Origin: Antedon mediterranea
Lineage: Eukaryota; Animalia; Echinodermata
DNA: 64,000 nt
Direction: 5' to 3'
NCBI RefSeq assembly: GCF_964355755.1
Contig: NC_092678.1
Span: 14,100,371-14,164,370 of the forward strand
Made by a program: the position numbers and the translations under genes. A model generated the notes under the pieces. That model was given only the letters and a program-made list of their open reading frames with translations. It was not told the origin of the DNA and ran no database searches. This document shows, piece by piece, positions 32,901-43,496 of this stretch (positions within the stretch are counted from its first letter, which is position 1; every line of letters begins with the position of its first letter).

Positions 32901-33620
32901 ATGCTGTTCGTTTGGGAGAGAAATATGGCAGAATTAACAGATCTCTTTCAATGCGAATATTGTTTACGGACATGGGAAGGAAACGGTCAATGTCCTTGTT
33001 GCAACTATATAGTGACTGAAATGCAGTACGACGCTGGTGATGAAGAAAGTTTACATGCCGGGGAATGTCATGATGATGATGGTGAGATGACAAGAAGATT
33101 GTACAATATTGATTTGCCAATTGATAACGATAGTATAAAGGTGCTGTTCGTTGAGGAAGAGAAGAAAAATAGCTATATGGCAGAATTGACAGATCTCTTT
33201 CAATGCGAATATTGTTTACAGGCATGGGACGGAAACGGTCAATGTCCTTGTTGGTACACGCGCAACGATACAGTGACTGAAATACAATACGAAAACGATC
33301 CAGTGTTGCAGTACAATAATGAAGAATGTTTACATGCCGACAACGCCCGGGAATATCATGATGATGATGATGACATCGTTGATCATGAGATAACAAGAAA
33401 GTTGAACCATATCGATTTGGATCCAATGTTATGCGAAGAAACGTATAGTAGTAATACATCGAATGACCAATCGATTACCGATTCGCCAATAATCTTTGTT
33501 GATTCACCACAATCGTCAGCGACGGTGGTAAGCGACAAAGAAGACCATTTGATTACGTGTGACGCGTGCATGAACGTATGGGATGGATTCTCTCAGTGTC
33601 CGTGTCTACCTACTACCTAG
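32901..33620 (+). CDS. Acidic protein with three CxxCxxxW(D/E)GxxQCPC repeats
   Basis: CEYCLRTWEGNGQCPC, CEYCLQAWDGNGQCPC and CDACMNVWDGFSQCPC. The first two lie in a DNA-level duplication. Confidence 0.75.
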   Translation: MLFVWERNMAELTDLFQCEYCLRTWEGNGQCPCCNYIVTEMQYDAGDEESLHAGECHDDDGEMTRRLYNIDLPIDNDSIKVLFVEEEKKNSYMAELTDLFQCEYCLQAWDGNGQCPCWYTRNDTVTEIQYENDPVLQYNNEECLHADNAREYHDDDDDIVDHEITRKLNHIDLDPMLCEETYSSNTSNDQSITDSPIIFVDSPQSSATVVSDKEDHLITCDACMNVWDGFSQCPCLPTT

Positions 33621-33905
33621 CACGTTTAAACTTACTGTTGCATTTACACAATAGAACTACGAACATGTTTGCCGTTACGACGACTGTGTTACTCAATAGT
33701 TGGTACGTATATTGGAATCATCGATGTGCTGCTGTTTGTTTTTTTTTTTTTTATATATAGTGATTGTGAAGAATTGATAACGGGTATAAACGCTAGAGAT
33801 CTTGAAACTGTGTTTTCATGATCTATCTATTACACATGTTGTTTATCGGATTGTTTACTTTGATTCATGAAATGAAACAAATCTTTTACCATAATCTAAA
33901 TTAAA

Positions 33906-33906
<1 letters not shown>

Positions 33907-33953
<47 letters not shown>
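33907..33953. repeat. (TAG)n microsatellite
   Basis: About 15 units, intergenic. Confidence 0.95.
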
Positions 33954-33955
<2 letters not shown>

Positions 33956-34060
33956 ACAAATAAAACCAAAAGCAAAGACGTGCGTTACATTGTGTTTTTT
34001 TTTTTATAATGACTCTTGGACGAACAAAATAAATTTAAAAAAAAGCTACAATAAATCGTT

Positions 34061-34999
34061 TTATATATTTTTTTTAATAATTCTTCTCATGATTCTCTTA
34101 GACAATAATGAATTACACGACCGCGTGAAGCACGAGGTGAGGCCTCTATCGATCGTTTCTCCATTCTTCTCAATGTGTATCACCGAAATGAGTGAAATGA
34201 GAAGATTTATTGGAATACGTTCGATGGGTACTCGTCTGTCGAAAAACATGCAGCACGTCCACTTTAACCGTTCATCTTCACGTTCGTAAAGTACAAGTTG
34301 ATCGTGTTGCTTCAATCGACAATCGTTCCAATTGAATGTCCACGAAATAGGCTCCGATTGAATTGTGACGACGTTCCTTTTTGTCTTGACCGTTCGGTTA
34401 TAGATTCCACATGATCGTCGAAACGACTGCACGATACCCGTCTCTGCTTCGGTCTCAAGAACCAACGGTTTCAGTAACGCTTTAACAAACTCGTCGGCTC
34501 TACCACCTTTTCCTCAATCTCTCAACACTATTCCCACTAGCGTTATACTCGTTCGTATGCGTGCGTTATACGTTGACTGTGCGACGTTGAACAAATGCAT
34601 GTGGATGGCTGGTACGAAGGAGACAAAGAGACGATCGAAACACTTTATCGACGCCAAGTTATGTTTGTGTGCATGACTTCTAAAATCGGTGAGTACACGA
34701 ACGCGATCGTTCAGTCTGTTCCATAGACGATTCATAACGACAGATTCCAGGAACGGATAGGGATCGTAGCCGACTCTTTCTATTTCTCTTGCTCTTCGAA
34801 CTACTCCATCGCTCGTCTGGAACGTTGGAAATTTAATCCAATTGAGTCGTGGTGGTGTTGGTAAAAGTACAGGCACCGTTTGAAATGTGACTAAAGACTC
34901 GTAAACGTACACCATATCGTTACGTTTGCAAGCGACGATTCTGTGCTGGTAATATTCGCGTTCTATTGCATCCGCGTCCAGATAGTATTCTGACAGCAT
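34061..34999 (-). pseudogene. Probable single gene broken by one in-frame TGA (34514-34516)
   Basis: ORFs 34514..34999 and 34061..34465 share a frame and the gap is open: IVLRD*GKGGRADEFVKALLKPLVLETE. The downstream part has no ATG start. Confidence 0.55.
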
Positions 35000-35510
35000 G
35001 TCGTTAGAAAAGTACTTGGAGTGGAGACGCTACTGGACGTTTGACAGTGACTTTTCTGACGCCTGCGATCGTGACGAGAATGTAATCGATAGAGTCGATG
35101 TTCGTGGTTATATGGCCATGCAGGATGAATTCGACGTACTATGCAAAAGATCAACGTGCGAAGCTTGGCGAATTGCCAGTGAACATTGCGACTACACGTT
35201 TCACATTATTCGCGACAAGGTAGTTGCGGAGGAATTGGTAACAGACGGTGGTGGTGGTGGTGGTGGTGGTGGTATAGTAGACGTTCCTCTTCTTCTCTAT
35301 CCAAGATTTGAATTTGGAGGAGGAGTAGGAGGAGGAGGAGGTTCACATGTAGACCACATACTCGTTCCTAGGGCTCTTATAAAACAGTTGCGAAAGGCAT
35401 GGATCATGATCAATTTAGATTTGATTATAGAGTACAATATACTGGCAAAAGAGAGCAGTGTGAAAATAGCAAAATTTATTTATGGACTACAGTTGTTACC
35501 AGGACACTGA
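34998..35510 (+). CDS. Hypothetical protein
   Basis: 170-aa ATG ORF, divergent from the neighbouring gene and sharing a CATG with it. Confidence 0.6.
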   Translation: MSLEKYLEWRRYWTFDSDFSDACDRDENVIDRVDVRGYMAMQDEFDVLCKRSTCEAWRIASEHCDYTFHIIRDKVVAEELVTDGGGGGGGGGIVDVPLLLYPRFEFGGGVGGGGGSHVDHILVPRALIKQLRKAWIMINLDLIIEYNILAKESSVKIAKFIYGLQLLPGH

Positions 35511-36651
35511 TGATGATGATACGATCGTCGATCGCTTCACTCATCAGAACGGCATTCAACAGCGTATCGTCAACTATTACAACACAGATCGATTCGCATC
35601 CGTCGGTCTGCTGGCCAGTCACGCTAAACTTCCTCGTGCCTATACCGTGGCACAGACGTACGCCCGGTGTCAACCTCCTCCAGCCAGTAGGGACGTTGGA
35701 GCGTGGACTTGTTTCGCTCTCGATGTACCTAGACGCATATCCGTGTTGGCATCTCAGATGTGCCAAGCGGGCAGCGGCAGTAGAAGTTTTGTGGTTGCGT
35801 CACCGACCGCACTAGAGCGTAGTATTCAATCATGCCCCGTGTCGTCGTACAGCGAAGTGTTTAACGAAAACCACCACATTCACAACATACCGATCGACAT
35901 CGACGATGCAAACAGACCTCAGTGCAGCGATGAATCTGCCCTGAGAACGGCCGAAAGCATCAAGCGTGCACTTTCGGCCGAGCTCGGCCATTTGCCCGAC
36001 AATCCACACGTATACTCGAGCCAAGGAAGCGACAAGTTTTCTTTACACGTATACCAACGTTTACCGAGACCGATTGAAAACATTGACGTTCTCTCGTCCA
36101 TGATGACAGCTTTGTGCAAAGTCTATCCGGAGATGAGATGCGTCGATCTGTTCATTTACGCCGGTGGTAGATCGTTGCGTTTGCCGGGATGTTACAAAAT
36201 CTCATCGAAACCTATTAAACTTTTGCGTCGTGTAGGCAGCAGCAGCAGCGAAGGCGTCGATGTTCGTCGAGCATTGGCGCACTACTGCTCCGACAGCGTT
36301 TGTCAAACACCATACGATCTGTCACATTTGGTAAAAAAGCCAAAGAAAGATGTATCAACAACAACAACCACCACCGAAGAAGTTTTGTCCGAAGAGCAGT
36401 TGAGAAATATTGTGGACGACGTGCAACGTGTCACCGGCATGGAAATAACGCGAACGACGAGACGAGGCAATCGTTTCTTCTTTGACACCAATGAAAGTTT
36501 CTGCCAAATGTCAGGTCGATGTCATCGTTCATCCAGACAGAAATTGCAATATACCTTGCGTTCAGGTTATGTGAGAAGGGAATGTTGGTCGTCGAAATGT
36601 GCTCACAAATTCTTGGACGTTGTCTGCGACACGACACGACCGTCAACGTAG
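35482..36651 (+). CDS. AEP-family primase (PrimPol / herpes UL52-like) with C-terminal Zn finger
   Basis: YSEVF..IPIDIDD (motif I), KFSLHVY (SxH motif II), VDLFIYAGGRSLRLPGCYK (motif III) and C..SGRCHRS...CWSSKC Zn finger. Confidence 0.88.
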   Translation: MDYSCYQDTDDDDTIVDRFTHQNGIQQRIVNYYNTDRFASVGLLASHAKLPRAYTVAQTYARCQPPPASRDVGAWTCFALDVPRRISVLASQMCQAGSGSRSFVVASPTALERSIQSCPVSSYSEVFNENHHIHNIPIDIDDANRPQCSDESALRTAESIKRALSAELGHLPDNPHVYSSQGSDKFSLHVYQRLPRPIENIDVLSSMMTALCKVYPEMRCVDLFIYAGGRSLRLPGCYKISSKPIKLLRRVGSSSSEGVDVRRALAHYCSDSVCQTPYDLSHLVKKPKKDVSTTTTTTEEVLSEEQLRNIVDDVQRVTGMEITRTTRRGNRFFFDTNESFCQMSGRCHRSSRQKLQYTLRSGYVRRECWSSKCAHKFLDVVCDTTRPST

Positions 36652-37310
36652 ATCATCGAATCGTTTGAAAACCTGTGTCCGTAATCGTTTGGCACCGGTG
36701 GATATCCAATGCTTATCTTGCCACTGTCCAAGTCTGTGCGCATGTAGATGGGTACTTGGTCGTCGTCAGCGTCGTAACCGGGTCCTTGCACCAGTATAAC
36801 ATTACCGCTATCTGTGTCGTTGAACAATGTGAACACGTACGCGTTTTTTGTTGAGTACAATGACATTTTAGAAATGCACGTGAACTGTTGATGATCATCT
36901 TCGGATCCTCGACATGGTTCGGAAGGCATCCACGTTCGATCGATGGAGCGCATCAGAAGCGATTGCCCTTCGTCCGACACGATTCGATATCCCGTGTCCG
37001 AGGTGACGACAACGTCGCCAAAGTTCAGTCTACATTTGTGATCATCCAACGAGCGATAGGCACGTTTCAGATGAACGTGAATCGTGCACACGAGAATTAT
37101 GAGCACGATTTGGATGCCGCAGAGGAGTAGGCAAAACTTGTCGTTACGTCTATCATCATGATGGATGTCACTCCTAACTTTGCTTCTATCGGACCTACGA
37201 GTAGTGATTCTGCCAGCCAACCGACCCTTCTTCTTTTCACTGGAGCCGATCGACTCGGTGTCGTCGCCGCTGTACAGATCACTGCGAGTAACGGATTGTC
37301 TTCCCTCCAT
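36603..37310 (-). CDS. Type II membrane (glyco)protein
   Basis: Basic N-terminal tail, TM (LLLCGIQIVLIILVCTI), Cys-containing ectodomain with NxS/T sites. Confidence 0.65.
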   Translation of the reverse strand: MEGRQSVTRSDLYSGDDTESIGSSEKKKGRLAGRITTRRSDRSKVRSDIHHDDRRNDKFCLLLCGIQIVLIILVCTIHVHLKRAYRSLDDHKCRLNFGDVVVTSDTGYRIVSDEGQSLLMRSIDRTWMPSEPCRGSEDDHQQFTCISKMSLYSTKNAYVFTLFNDTDSGNVILVQGPGYDADDDQVPIYMRTDLDSGKISIGYPPVPNDYGHRFSNDSMIYVDGRVVSQTTSKNL

Positions 37311-37474
37311 CCGTCTTCGTAGTATAAGATATTCGCGCTGGTTCTGTCACTAAAGTCTTTTACGAGCAAATCGTCTATCGATGACAATTTCTTAAAGCCA
37401 ACGCGTATGTCGTGCACGAGAATAGACAAACACGATAATAGAAGGATTGAAAAAAGGGCGACAGAAACGTACAT
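37097..37474 (-). CDS. Small membrane protein
   Basis: Hydrophobic N-terminus; overlaps the previous gene. Confidence 0.35.
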   Translation of the reverse strand: MYVSVALFSILLLSCLSILVHDIRVGFKKLSSIDDLLVKDFSDRTSANILYYEDGWREDNPLLAVICTAATTPSRSAPVKRRRVGWLAESLLVGPIEAKLGVTSIMMIDVTTSFAYSSAASKSCS

Positions 37475-37860
37475 GTCATCATCACCACCAGCAGCACCGT
37501 TGCCTACGTTAACGTTGTTTACATTGTCGTTAAAGAAACAACCATGATCGTAGAGACTGTTACCGCACCATTTAAGGTACTTTCAAAGACATGTCAATGT
37601 GTCTGTTATATAAAATGGTTTGTAGTGTGTGTGGTCATGATACTCGTCGCTTTATGGGTCGTAAACTTCATCAAACCTTTCATGTGACCAACGCAGTTTT
37701 TTTTTTTAGCATTCCATCCTAAACTCATGGAAAACGTATGTTCTCGTTATTCTTCGATGAAAGAACCGTCGTTGAAGCAACGAATACCGTGCAGTGACTC
37801 AATTGTGTGTGAAGAGTCATAAAAAGGTGTGTGAGTGCATTTCAGGTTTCATTCGGTAAC

Positions 37861-38796
37861 ATGAAAAGAAACGTTGACGATCAAGATGGTGCTTTTGCGC
37901 CAATAATTCAGAGAGAACGAAAAGAGCGAAAGATATGTTTTGCTGCTCAAAAGACAGACTCGACTTGTCACGCGGCGAGTCGCAGTGCAGGCACAAGATT
38001 TAGACAGAGAATGAACGCCGGTGGTAACGTGTCTTTGGTTCAGTCTACGTGCGATATAAAACAGATTGTCGACGAACTTAAAAGGACCAGAGGTGAGTCA
38101 GACATTCTCACAAAAAGCGTACACGAATATCAGAAAGAAGAAGAAGAAGAAGAAGAAGAAGAAGAAGAAGGACCAACATCAGAAATGTACGAGTTGAATT
38201 TACGACGAGTACTCAAGCAACTGAAAGTTCATGAACACTTTCTAGATCGTGTACGCAACGTACCGAACGAATCACTCGTTCCAGATCAGTGGACGATAGA
38301 CATGCTCAATTTCAACGGGTACGAACACGGATACAGATCGGACGTGCGTGCAAACGTTCGTCGATGCGCTTCAGCCGACTGTGTATCTCGATACGTAAAA
38401 AGTGACGACGGCAACAGTTATACGTTGGGAGAATGCATGAACGTGGACGCAATGAAAACTATTATCATGGGTTGTAATCTAACAGACGTAGGAGCGTCAA
38501 ACTACTACGGACGACCCTATTGTGTATTATGTACCATATCGAATGCTTACCTAACATGTTCAAATCCGTTGGGAGATCGTCGAATTACACTTTGTGACTA
38601 CATCACATCATTCTCTTTTCAAATCATCGACGTGAAAAAAGAGTACGAATTGAAATGTCAGATGACACTGGACGATTCCGATGTACAGTTCGAGTACAGT
38701 TACGTGAACATGGATGCTATCGTTGATGTACTGCAATGGGTGAAAGAAAAAAGTTCAGAATTGCATAGAATTGATTTTTCAAATTTACGTCGATGA
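37861..38796 (+). CDS. Cys-motif viral protein of unknown function
   Basis: RRCASADC...LGECM...PYCVLC; AATAAA follows the stop. Confidence 0.7.
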   Translation: MKRNVDDQDGAFAPIIQRERKERKICFAAQKTDSTCHAASRSAGTRFRQRMNAGGNVSLVQSTCDIKQIVDELKRTRGESDILTKSVHEYQKEEEEEEEEEEEGPTSEMYELNLRRVLKQLKVHEHFLDRVRNVPNESLVPDQWTIDMLNFNGYEHGYRSDVRANVRRCASADCVSRYVKSDDGNSYTLGECMNVDAMKTIIMGCNLTDVGASNYYGRPYCVLCTISNAYLTCSNPLGDRRITLCDYITSFSFQIIDVKKEYELKCQMTLDDSDVQFEYSYVNMDAIVDVLQWVKEKSSELHRIDFSNLRR

Positions 38797-38827
38797 AATA
38801 AAAATTTAAACAAACATATATGTGTTT

Positions 38828-38858
<31 letters not shown>

Positions 38859-39022
38859 TCATGATGACGACGACGACAAATTGCATTTCACGCATACTAT
38901 TTCGTCCATCATAATCAATCGAACCAATCAAGTATCATCTTGGTAACTTGACGCCACGTTACAATAATAATAATTATTATATACGTCAGTCGTAGGTGTA
39001 TTACGCGAGACATAAAATCGCC

Positions 39023-40522
39023 ATGGGGCTCAAGGGAAAATTCTCTGACGTCATTGACAGTAATGCTAAGATTAATCAATCGTTTGGTGAAAACTGTAAC
39101 GATATTGTGGCCGTGATGGTGGACGCTACGCAGACATTTCACAAGATCGTTAAACGTAATATAGGAGTTCGTGTTGAGAAATGTTTTCCAGACCTACAAT
39201 CCTGTATCGAAAACTCGAGCGTTATCGGAAACCTGGAAAGTAAGAATTGGCGCAATACAGACAACGGTGTGGTGAACGTGTATCAACATTTCACCGTTCA
39301 AGATGTGCTAACAGAATTTCTCAAAGACGCACTGGCATGCGCGGATGACGTTTTAAAAGTGCAACGACGGAAAAGTGATAATGTTGCGCTGAAGGCACTG
39401 CTGTTGTTTGTGGACGGCGCAGCTCCGTATGCAAAGTCAGTGGAATTGAAACGTAGACGAAGCGTTAAAAAAAAGGGAGTTCAAAACCAAGTGAACAAAT
39501 TAGGTAGTGTAGACGAGAATCTGTGCGCGATTGCCGCTGAAAAGGGCATGTCTGTTTGTCGACAAGAAGACGGCAGTTACATCGGCAGTATAGAATCGTT
39601 CATCAGTAGCAGAGAAAACAAATCGTGTGTCGTTCAAGCTCTTCGATCAATGTTCGAAAAGGATCGACAATACGACCGCGAATACGCCGTTTACACGGTC
39701 GTCGGAGCCGGTTTTGATGACAGCACGACACGAGACTGGTGTCGTCTGTCCACATGCCTTTCGTCAACGCTGGAAAAGTGGTGCTGTGATTTCGAGAGTT
39801 TTCTGCCCGATCGAAACGTATCATCGGAATCGGACATACTGTTTGGCACATTTCACGATATTCTACGCTTCAACGTACAGATTCCTTCGTCCAACATTCT
39901 AATGGAAACGTGTGACAGTGACTGTTTGTTTACGCTCACCGCCCTTCAATCAGACGCTCTACTGGTACGCAAACTGCCCAGGATCACCTCGTGTTACAGG
40001 CTAGGCAAATGGGCGAGAGACACGCTGTACTGTCCATACGCTAGTCTCAACACTCTGATTTCAGCCTCCTTTCTAGGATCCGATTTTCACACGCATGTCG
40101 TTGGCGTCGGTGTAAAGACGCAAGTTAACATATTCGAGTCAGGATACGCATTTCCATTCATCGAAGTATCGTCGAACGTTGTGAAACCGATATATTCATT
40201 CTGTCGAGAAGATGATACGACATTGACCAAGTGGCACAATTTGTTGGCACAATACAACAACATGTTCTGTTTTCGATACAAAGATTCTCTGATACCGTTC
40301 AGGTACGTTCAGGAGAACATTGCTTCTTATGCAGTAGACATTGTTCAGATGACGGCAAAGTCGTGGAAGGATCGAGTGGAAAAGAACGCTAAAGACCTGG
40401 AGAGTTTGGATCGACATTTGCGGAAAATGTTCTTTTTTATCGAATACATGACCATCACTGATTCCGGAATAGATGATCGTCTACGAAACAACGGTTCACT
40501 TCGAAAAAAATACGGGTTTTAA
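39023..40522 (+). CDS. XPG/FEN1-family nuclease (Rad2 / vhs-like)
   Basis: MGLKG start, VMVDA, FVDGAAPYAKSVELKRRR, ESD, TCDSD and LGSDF give the full set of FEN1/XPG acidic motifs. Confidence 0.85.
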   Translation: MGLKGKFSDVIDSNAKINQSFGENCNDIVAVMVDATQTFHKIVKRNIGVRVEKCFPDLQSCIENSSVIGNLESKNWRNTDNGVVNVYQHFTVQDVLTEFLKDALACADDVLKVQRRKSDNVALKALLLFVDGAAPYAKSVELKRRRSVKKKGVQNQVNKLGSVDENLCAIAAEKGMSVCRQEDGSYIGSIESFISSRENKSCVVQALRSMFEKDRQYDREYAVYTVVGAGFDDSTTRDWCRLSTCLSSTLEKWCCDFESFLPDRNVSSESDILFGTFHDILRFNVQIPSSNILMETCDSDCLFTLTALQSDALLVRKLPRITSCYRLGKWARDTLYCPYASLNTLISASFLGSDFHTHVVGVGVKTQVNIFESGYAFPFIEVSSNVVKPIYSFCREDDTTLTKWHNLLAQYNNMFCFRYKDSLIPFRYVQENIASYAVDIVQMTAKSWKDRVEKNAKDLESLDRHLRKMFFFIEYMTITDSGIDDRLRNNGSLRKKYGF

Positions 40523-40604
40523 GAAATTAGAAAAATAAAGACAAAAGCAAATACCATTTTTGTTTTTCTTTTCTTTTATTTCAATAACGTATAAATGTGT
40601 GTGC

Positions 40605-40636
<32 letters not shown>

Positions 40637-40650
40637 GTAAGCGTGTGAAA

Positions 40651-41985
40651 ATGGCAAATATCGTGATAGGTGATGATGGAGATTACGAAAACATTCGTCG
40701 ACATCATGAAATGTTTCAATTTCAAAACTCATGTTTTGCTAAAATAGACGACGTATCGCGAGACGTTTGTCCTGCAAAGAAACCGGGCGACTATGCCATA
40801 CAAACTGAACTGCATTCCGACTGTCAACCGTCGAGGGCGCTGTTTCCAATCGATGTTGATGCCGGCTGTAGTGTTTGGCGGTTCGATAAGGTGTCGGTGA
40901 CATTGAACGCAGGCACCTTTGATCCGTCAACGCTGTACGGATGGCGATTGATGGTGATCGACAAAAAGACCAGATTAATGACGCCGGCCTTTTGCCAAAA
41001 GGCTGCCATCACATGGGCGGGTACGGCCGACGTAATTCGTCAAAACGTTACGGCCGACAAGACTGTCGAGAAAGGAGTAAGAACGGCATGGAGGGTCGAG
41101 TACCACGGAACGCTGACGGACAAGAAGACTTGCGACGTGGCCGTACCGAGTATGATGAACAAAATCAAGAGTGATAACGTACGTCAAGTGTTTGGCACGT
41201 CTCTAGTAAAACATCTTGTGGAACGAGATTTTCGCGTTGTCATCGATGATTTCCAAAGAGTCGATCACGACACTCAGTCAATCATCATGCCAAAAAGACA
41301 TGAAAACTTTGAAGAATACGCAAAGTACATTCAAGATGACGGTTACGGTATCGACGAAATTAACACGGCACACTTTGAGAACGTTGTTCACGCAGCGCTC
41401 AAGTCAAACGGTCGCTTGTTGATGGCCATCTCGGACAGGAATCATTTTGACAAGGATAACTTCAAGAGTAGTAACAAGAACGAGTACATTGTTCCTTTTC
41501 CGGTCGTACAGTCGCTGGTGAGTGTCACAAAGACTTTACATTCACAGTCGAATTACGTTCTCATGAAAGATAAAAGTCTTGTGCTGGAGCTGGACATCAA
41601 CAACAAGCAAAACAATTGTTTCGGTTCGATAGAGTTTATCTACGAATACGTGTCGGATCCATTTCCTCTGCCCACTGACCGGCCTTTGAGCGTTGATCAG
41701 CTCATCAGAAGTAACGTGTTACAATTCGACAAGACGCTCACCGACGTATTTACCGGGGGACTGTGCGAAAGTAGCGATGATGATGACGACGACGACGAGC
41801 ATAGTGATGAAAAAACACCTGTATTACCTCGTCATCATCAACGTGCTGGTGGTGGCGGTGGTGTTGGGGATCATTCCGGTCGTGGTCTTAGATACAACGC
41901 AAACAATCACAAGCCGAGAACGTTTAACGTTGGTGACCGAGAGCGTTTACCGAAAGGTAGGAGATTCGTTGAGGATACGAGGTAA
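40651..41985 (+). CDS. Hypothetical viral protein
   Basis: ~445-aa ORF with TATAAA upstream (~40590). Confidence 0.75.
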   Translation: MANIVIGDDGDYENIRRHHEMFQFQNSCFAKIDDVSRDVCPAKKPGDYAIQTELHSDCQPSRALFPIDVDAGCSVWRFDKVSVTLNAGTFDPSTLYGWRLMVIDKKTRLMTPAFCQKAAITWAGTADVIRQNVTADKTVEKGVRTAWRVEYHGTLTDKKTCDVAVPSMMNKIKSDNVRQVFGTSLVKHLVERDFRVVIDDFQRVDHDTQSIIMPKRHENFEEYAKYIQDDGYGIDEINTAHFENVVHAALKSNGRLLMAISDRNHFDKDNFKSSNKNEYIVPFPVVQSLVSVTKTLHSQSNYVLMKDKSLVLELDINNKQNNCFGSIEFIYEYVSDPFPLPTDRPLSVDQLIRSNVLQFDKTLTDVFTGGLCESSDDDDDDDEHSDEKTPVLPRHHQRAGGGGGVGDHSGRGLRYNANNHKPRTFNVGDRERLPKGRRFVEDTR

Positions 41986-42211
41986 GCCACCGTCATCGAC
42001 TATGATTCATTGTACGCTTGGCTGTAAAGAACTGCGTACGTTGTTGGGCGTACGGTGCGTACGCGAACCTCCTCCAGTGTGCATAACATACGTTTCGTGT
42101 AGCAACGGATACGATGCAATGTACAACGTTACGTCCAGTCAATGGTCTCTAATCGAGTGTACTGCTGCTGCTAATGTTGGTGAGAAACATCGATTGTTTG
42201 TTGTAATTTGA
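41807..42211 (+). CDS. Small membrane-anchored Cys-rich protein
   Basis: N-terminal TM (LVIINVLVVAVVLGIIPVVVL), several Cys, NVT sequon. Confidence 0.55.
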   Translation: MKKHLYYLVIINVLVVAVVLGIIPVVVLDTTQTITSRERLTLVTESVYRKVGDSLRIRGKPPSSTMIHCTLGCKELRTLLGVRCVREPPPVCITYVSCSNGYDAMYNVTSSQWSLIECTAAANVGEKHRLFVVI

Positions 42212-42361
42212 TGTACTGACCACGCTATACATGTGCCGATCACGATAAGGATGACGATTGTGCACAGAACCTCGTCTCTTTCTGCTACTGATTTTGGAAG
42301 TCCTTCTGACACCCATATGTATTTTGATCGTAATGTAGATGTATCGATGATACTACTGCTG

Positions 42362-42415
<54 letters not shown>

Positions 42416-42552
42416 TTCAGTCCTCTAACACGCGCTAAACGTCCAACAATCTTCCATCCGTGTTTTTCGATCGCGTACATCAGTCTATCGGAAAAGCTGC
42501 TGAGACGAACAAACGGTCGATATTTGCGATGATGTGGCGTGTGTCTAGACAC
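42139..42552 (-). CDS. Small membrane protein
   Basis: ATG ORF with poly-Ser and a TM segment (VLCTIVILIVIGTCIAW). Confidence 0.5.
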
Positions 42553-42707
42553 TATGATTTGGTGCCTGCTGGTGTCTATAACATACGCTCTCCGCGTAAT
42601 GTAAACAGTTATTTTCGGGAAAGGTTACGATCACTGGATTAGCGCCGATCACGTACCACGTGTTATTAAGGTGGAAAATCTCTTGATTCAGCACACCTTG
42701 TTTTGAC

Positions 42708-43496
42708 ATGACAACCGTTCGACCTTCTATCACCGCCACCACCACCATCACCACCGCTGAAAAGAGACGAAACGTTTTGAAAATGTTCTCGTGGATCATG
42801 TCGACGATTTGCAACTGTGGACGATATCGATTGCTAGGAGACGAAAATGATAATGATGAAAACGAAGAAGCAGCGGTGAATAAGGTACAAGATCCGAGTA
42901 AAGTTTGTGAAAAGATAACAGAGTTCCACAGTCGTCTCGAAGAATACGTTCGATTGCTTGACGCCAAAAAGCAAGACACCAAAGACTGTATGCAAAAGAT
43001 TCAATCCGAAATGATATGTCTACGCAATCGTATGTACGACGAAGACATTAGTGCTGAAGATGAATTTGACAAGGAAACCGTAAAGGTTGAGATACGTACA
43101 TTAATGCGAAAAAAAATACAATACGAGCAAATGTTCAGTATGCTAAACTCGATGGACGGTAATCTGAACGATATGAAAATCAAAATAGACACGCACAGTC
43201 TGAGCAATTCTTTACAGTCGACACTGTTGAATCTACCTCCTCACGTCAGCGAAGAGAATTACAAGAAAACGTTGACATTGGCCACAATCTACAACGATAA
43301 AGTCAACGAGATGGCACAGAACGTAAAACTTCCTCTCGACACCGAAACTCTGTGCTCGGAATCAGAATCTTCTCGAGTCGTGGACGATAGAGTGGCGATT
43401 CTGCTTAGTCGAAACGGTGAAACGCAGCATCAACATCATCATCATCATCATCAGATTGAAGACGGTCAACGGCGGTCTTTGGCGTCATCATCGTGA
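42708..43496 (+). CDS. Second Snf7/ESCRT-III-like protein
   Basis: Helical hairpin with IRTLMRKKIQYEQMFSMLNSMDGNLNDMKIKID (Snf7 alpha2-like). N-terminal amphipathic, Cys-containing segment MFSWIMSTICNC. Confidence 0.6.
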   Translation: MTTVRPSITATTTITTAEKRRNVLKMFSWIMSTICNCGRYRLLGDENDNDENEEAAVNKVQDPSKVCEKITEFHSRLEEYVRLLDAKKQDTKDCMQKIQSEMICLRNRMYDEDISAEDEFDKETVKVEIRTLMRKKIQYEQMFSMLNSMDGNLNDMKIKIDTHSLSNSLQSTLLNLPPHVSEENYKKTLTLATIYNDKVNEMAQNVKLPLDTETLCSESESSRVVDDRVAILLSRNGETQHQHHHHHHQIEDGQRRSLASSS

